Origin: an uncultured Verrucomicrobiae bacterium
Lineage (GTDB): Bacteria > Verrucomicrobiota > Verrucomicrobiia > Chthoniobacterales > UBA10450
Reading direction: 5' to 3'
DNA: 64,000 nucleotides
NCBI GenBank assembly: GCA_963815455.1
Contig: CAWFGO010000001.1
Span: forward strand, 672,001 to 736,000
Positions 61,221 through 64,000 of this stretch are shown here, in pieces; the stretch's first letter is position 1; every line of letters starts with the position of its first letter. The notes beneath the pieces are model-generated. The model was not told where the DNA came from and did not search any database. It saw only the letters and a list, made by a program, of their open reading frames with translations. Both the position numbers and the translations under genes were made by a program.

Positions 61221-64000
61221 CTAAGGCAACCCGTGGCCGATGTTGGATTTGACTGAGGAGGCGTCGGTGCCGTTTATGGCGCCGTTGGCGTTCACGTCGG
61301 AGCGGAAGTTTGCGCTGGTGACCGCTTGGCCAATTCGCCCCTTGGTCTGCGACACATCGGTGGAATTGACCGTTGCATTGTTGTTGGTGTCGCCCAGTAG
61401 CCGGCTCATCGGTATCACTACGTTGGCCAAAGGCTCATCCGCGGTGTTCACTCCGTTGAGCGTGACGTTGATGGTCTGCACATCGGCTACGTTGGTGAGC
61501 GGGATCGTGACCATGTTTCCGGACACGGTTACCATCCCGCCATTGCTGACGCCACCGGTCCCGATGGTTGCTGTGCCCAACGTGACCTGCGCCTGCGGGC
61601 TTCCCGTCACGGTCACATTGCCTGAGAACGTGACCACCATCGTGTAATCGTTGGTCCCGCCGCCGCTACGGCATTCGATTCCGGGCGTGCCGGTAAGCGG
61701 CAGATCGATGTCGAAGTCGCCTGCGCCGCCGTGGGTCTTTCGTGATACCGCGCCAGTCACGCTGGCCGGGCACGGCTCGTAGATGGCGGCGCTGTCCACT
61801 CGCCACCCAGCGTGCGAGACGGAGTTGTCCGAACACATCCGCCAGCGCAGCGTCACCGGCTGGCCAACAGCGGCACCCGGAAGGGTCACCGTAGAGGTTT
61901 CGAACCCACCAGAACCCCCATTGGAGATTCCGCTCCAGCCGCCGGTGGTGGTGTGGATAGGCGCCGTTACGGTGCACGGATTGGCGAACCCGGTGCTGAT
62001 CGACGTGTGGTTATAGCCCCCGCTAACAAAGCTGCCTCCTGCAGCGATGATGTCCTGATAGGCGCCGCCGTTAATGCTGATCTCTAAGACCCCTACGTCG
62101 TAGGCAATGGCGGCGGACGACTGTTCCAAGTCGTAGTTCTGCCTGAAAGTCAGCTGCGCCGAAGCCGAGTTGACCGTAAGCGTTGGCGTGTCCAGCCGGT
62201 TATCCAGGAGATTAGCCGGATCTTGCGAGAAAACGGCGTTGGGCAGGCTATCCGCAATCGGCGCCGGAGTTCCTGAATTGGAGGTAACCCATAATGGGAA
62301 TCCACCTGAATTTACCCCCTGCGTGGCCACCCATCCCGTGGGCAGCATCGGCGGAGTGACTCCGTCAAAGTTCTGCACGAATGTCGGACAGAAATTACCG
62401 GTGTAATTGTAATTCCCCGAGAAGGCGAGGTTCGGGTTTCCAAACGAATCGGTGATTGCGCCGGCGCCAATGCTCGCTGTCACCATGCCCGAGAAAATAC
62501 TCGTGAAGTTCAACGTAAACCGCGCGGTCGTGTTCCCGTTGATCAGGGTAACCATTGTCACGGTGCCGGGAATGCCGCTCAGCGTCAGATCGCTCGTTTG
62601 CACCGAGGCCGGATCGACAGCTTCGTTGAAGTTCACGTCGTACATCGACGACCCCGGCCCCGAGAAGTTGCCGCCCACCGGCGGATTAGTCGTAGTCACC
62701 TGAAGGGCCAGAGCATCGTACCGGAACGTGCACGTGAAATCCATCACCGCGTTACCCATTGTGTCGTTAAAAGCGCCCGCGGCAATGTGCATCGTGTTGA
62801 GGCCCTGCACCACCGGCGTGCTGCTGAAGTGGAACGTAATCTGGGTATTGCCTGCGCCGAAGGTAGGCGCCAAGTTTGACGGAGTTCCGTTCACTGTGAA
62901 ATCACCTGCCTGAACGGTCCTCGTATTCACCGCATCGTTCAGGTTGATGACGAAGTCCACAGGTTGCGTGGCGATCACGCTGTTGCAAGCCGGCACGTTG
63001 CTCGACACGCCAAAACCCAAGCCGGGGAGGGTGAGTGTATTCGTGTATAGGTCAAACGCGTGCAACGTGCCATCCGCGTTTGTGCCATCGCAGTTCGCGT
63101 TGTCTGCCCAGACCGTGTAGAGCTTGCCCGCGTGCGCGGACTGACCAACATAGTCGCCAAAGTCGATACCGTTGCTCGACGCCGCCGCGTTCGAGAAGCC
63201 GCCGCTCAAGCGCGTGTTCGGCGCCCAGGTGGCGCCGCCATCGGTGCTGAAGGTGCCATAATATTCGGCATCGTCATTGGCAATGCTATTCGTCCCGCCG
63301 GAACCGGGCACGCCATTGTCGTTGCGACAATCATGAAAGCCCACCGCCACCGTCCCGGTTGTACGGTCCAATGCGAGATATGGCAAAAACTGGCTTCGGA
63401 TCGGCGACGCCGGGTCGTCGTTCACGCGCACCGGCGCGGTCCAGGTCGCGCCGTCATCAGTCGATGTGCGCATCTCAATATCCGTGTCGTTGTTCTCGTT
63501 TACAGTCTCCTCCGTGTACACCAGGTAGATGCGATTGTTGAACGGCCCACCGGTCGTGTCCCATACCAGTCCGGCCTCGGCATCAATGGAGCGTCCGTTC
63601 TGTGCCGGGATAAAGTCGAAGCCGCCCACGTTGGTCGTCGTGACGGTGATGCGCGCGCCGAACCCCCCCGCTCCCAGGCCATCCGCATCCACATTGGCGT
63701 AGATCGTCGCTGGACCCTGCCCACCAGTCGGGCTTTGATAAGTTACGATAACCTTGCCGCCGTTCGCACCGGGTCCAACCGCGATACCGCCAAAACTGCC
63801 GCTGGCTGACGGGATTGACTGCTGGGCGCCGAATGGCCCCCAAGTACCCAGACCCGTCACTGGCGCCCCGCGCGCGACCATACTTCCGCTCGAGTTCCAG
63901 TCGACCCACACGCTGCCGTTACCCACAGCGATCGAGGGCTGATCCACGCTGCCCGTGCCCGCAGTTACCGGTGCGCTGAATGTTGCGCCGCCATCGGTAC
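61221..64000 (-). CDS. Large secreted protein (5' end outside window): BNR/sialidase-like propeller, two Ig-like domains, beta-sandwich, C-terminal dockerin-like module
   Basis: STDDGATW/STDGGATW Asp-boxes, FGDY, paired FNEAVD..SVQ..D Ig-like units, GWRVD, GDTNNNATVNSTD..DVNANGAINGTD; frame open to the window edge. Confidence 0.85.
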   Translation of the reverse strand, partial: TDGGATFSAPVTAGTGSVDQPSIAVGNGSVWVDWNSSGSMVARGAPVTGLGTWGPFGAQQSIPSASGSFGGIAVGPGANGGKVIVTYQSPTGGQGPATIYANVDADGLGAGGFGARITVTTTNVGGFDFIPAQNGRSIDAEAGLVWDTTGGPFNNRIYLVYTEETVNENNDTDIEMRTSTDDGATWTAPVRVNDDPASPIRSQFLPYLALDRTTGTVAVGFHDCRNDNGVPGSGGTNSIANDDAEYYGTFSTDGGATWAPNTRLSGGFSNAAASSNGIDFGDYVGQSAHAGKLYTVWADNANCDGTNADGTLHAFDLYTNTLTLPGLGFGVSSNVPACNSVIATQPVDFVINLNDAVNTRTVQAGDFTVNGTPSNLAPTFGAGNTQITFHFSSTPVVQGLNTMHIAAGAFNDTMGNAVMDFTCTFRYDALALQVTTTNPPVGGNFSGPGSSMYDVNFNEAVDPASVQTSDLTLSGIPGTVTMVTLINGNTTARFTLNFTSIFSGMVTASIGAGAITDSFGNPNLAFSGNYNYTGNFCPTFVQNFDGVTPPMLPTGWVATQGVNSGGFPLWVTSNSGTPAPIADSLPNAVFSQDPANLLDNRLDTPTLTVNSASAQLTFRQNYDLEQSSAAIAYDVGVLEISINGGAYQDIIAAGGSFVSGGYNHTSISTGFANPCTVTAPIHTTTGGWSGISNGGSGGFETSTVTLPGAAVGQPVTLRWRMCSDNSVSHAGWRVDSAAIYEPCPASVTGAVSRKTHGGAGDFDIDLPLTGTPGIECRSGGGTNDYTMVVTFSGNVTVTGSPQAQVTLGTATIGTGGVSNGGMVTVSGNMVTIPLTNVADVQTINVTLNGVNTADEPLANVVIPMSRLLGDTNNNATVNSTDVSQTKGRIGQAVTSANFRSDVNANGAINGTDASSVKSNIGHGLP

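Overview
Mostly chromosomal housekeeping DNA from a GC-rich bacterium. Gene content and protein style suggest a soil Verrucomicrobiota (Chthoniobacterales-like) organism; this is an inference, not a database result. Core genes include ndh, panE, ybeY, clpS, a treS-maltokinase fusion, a CADD-like oxidase, fabI, nadE, rpmH (missed by the ORF track), rlmN, prs-rplY-pth-rpsF-ssb-dprA, add and pcm. The window also has two ECF sigma/anti-sigma pairs, a two-component cluster, large secreted beta-propeller proteins, tRNA-Lys(CTT) and tRNA-Leu(CAG). Many genes carry 1-nt indels, densest at 2.6-8.6 kb, most likely sequencing errors. The most notable unexplained structure is: (1) several distinct families of short palindromic and tandem repeats with no cognate mobilising gene in the window, some of which sit in frame inside enzymes (an M1 aminopeptidase and, twice, a Zn alcohol dehydrogenase) or supply protein termini; (2) a decayed integron (intI N-terminal fragment, two broken attC sites, two cassettes) whose integrase breaks off at a REP-like half site; (3) a vitamin-K-carboxylase-like HTTM gene divergent from a pcm with an export-like N-terminus; and (4) repeated leaderless-type promoter architecture. 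No CRISPR array, rRNA, prophage or intact transposase was seen.
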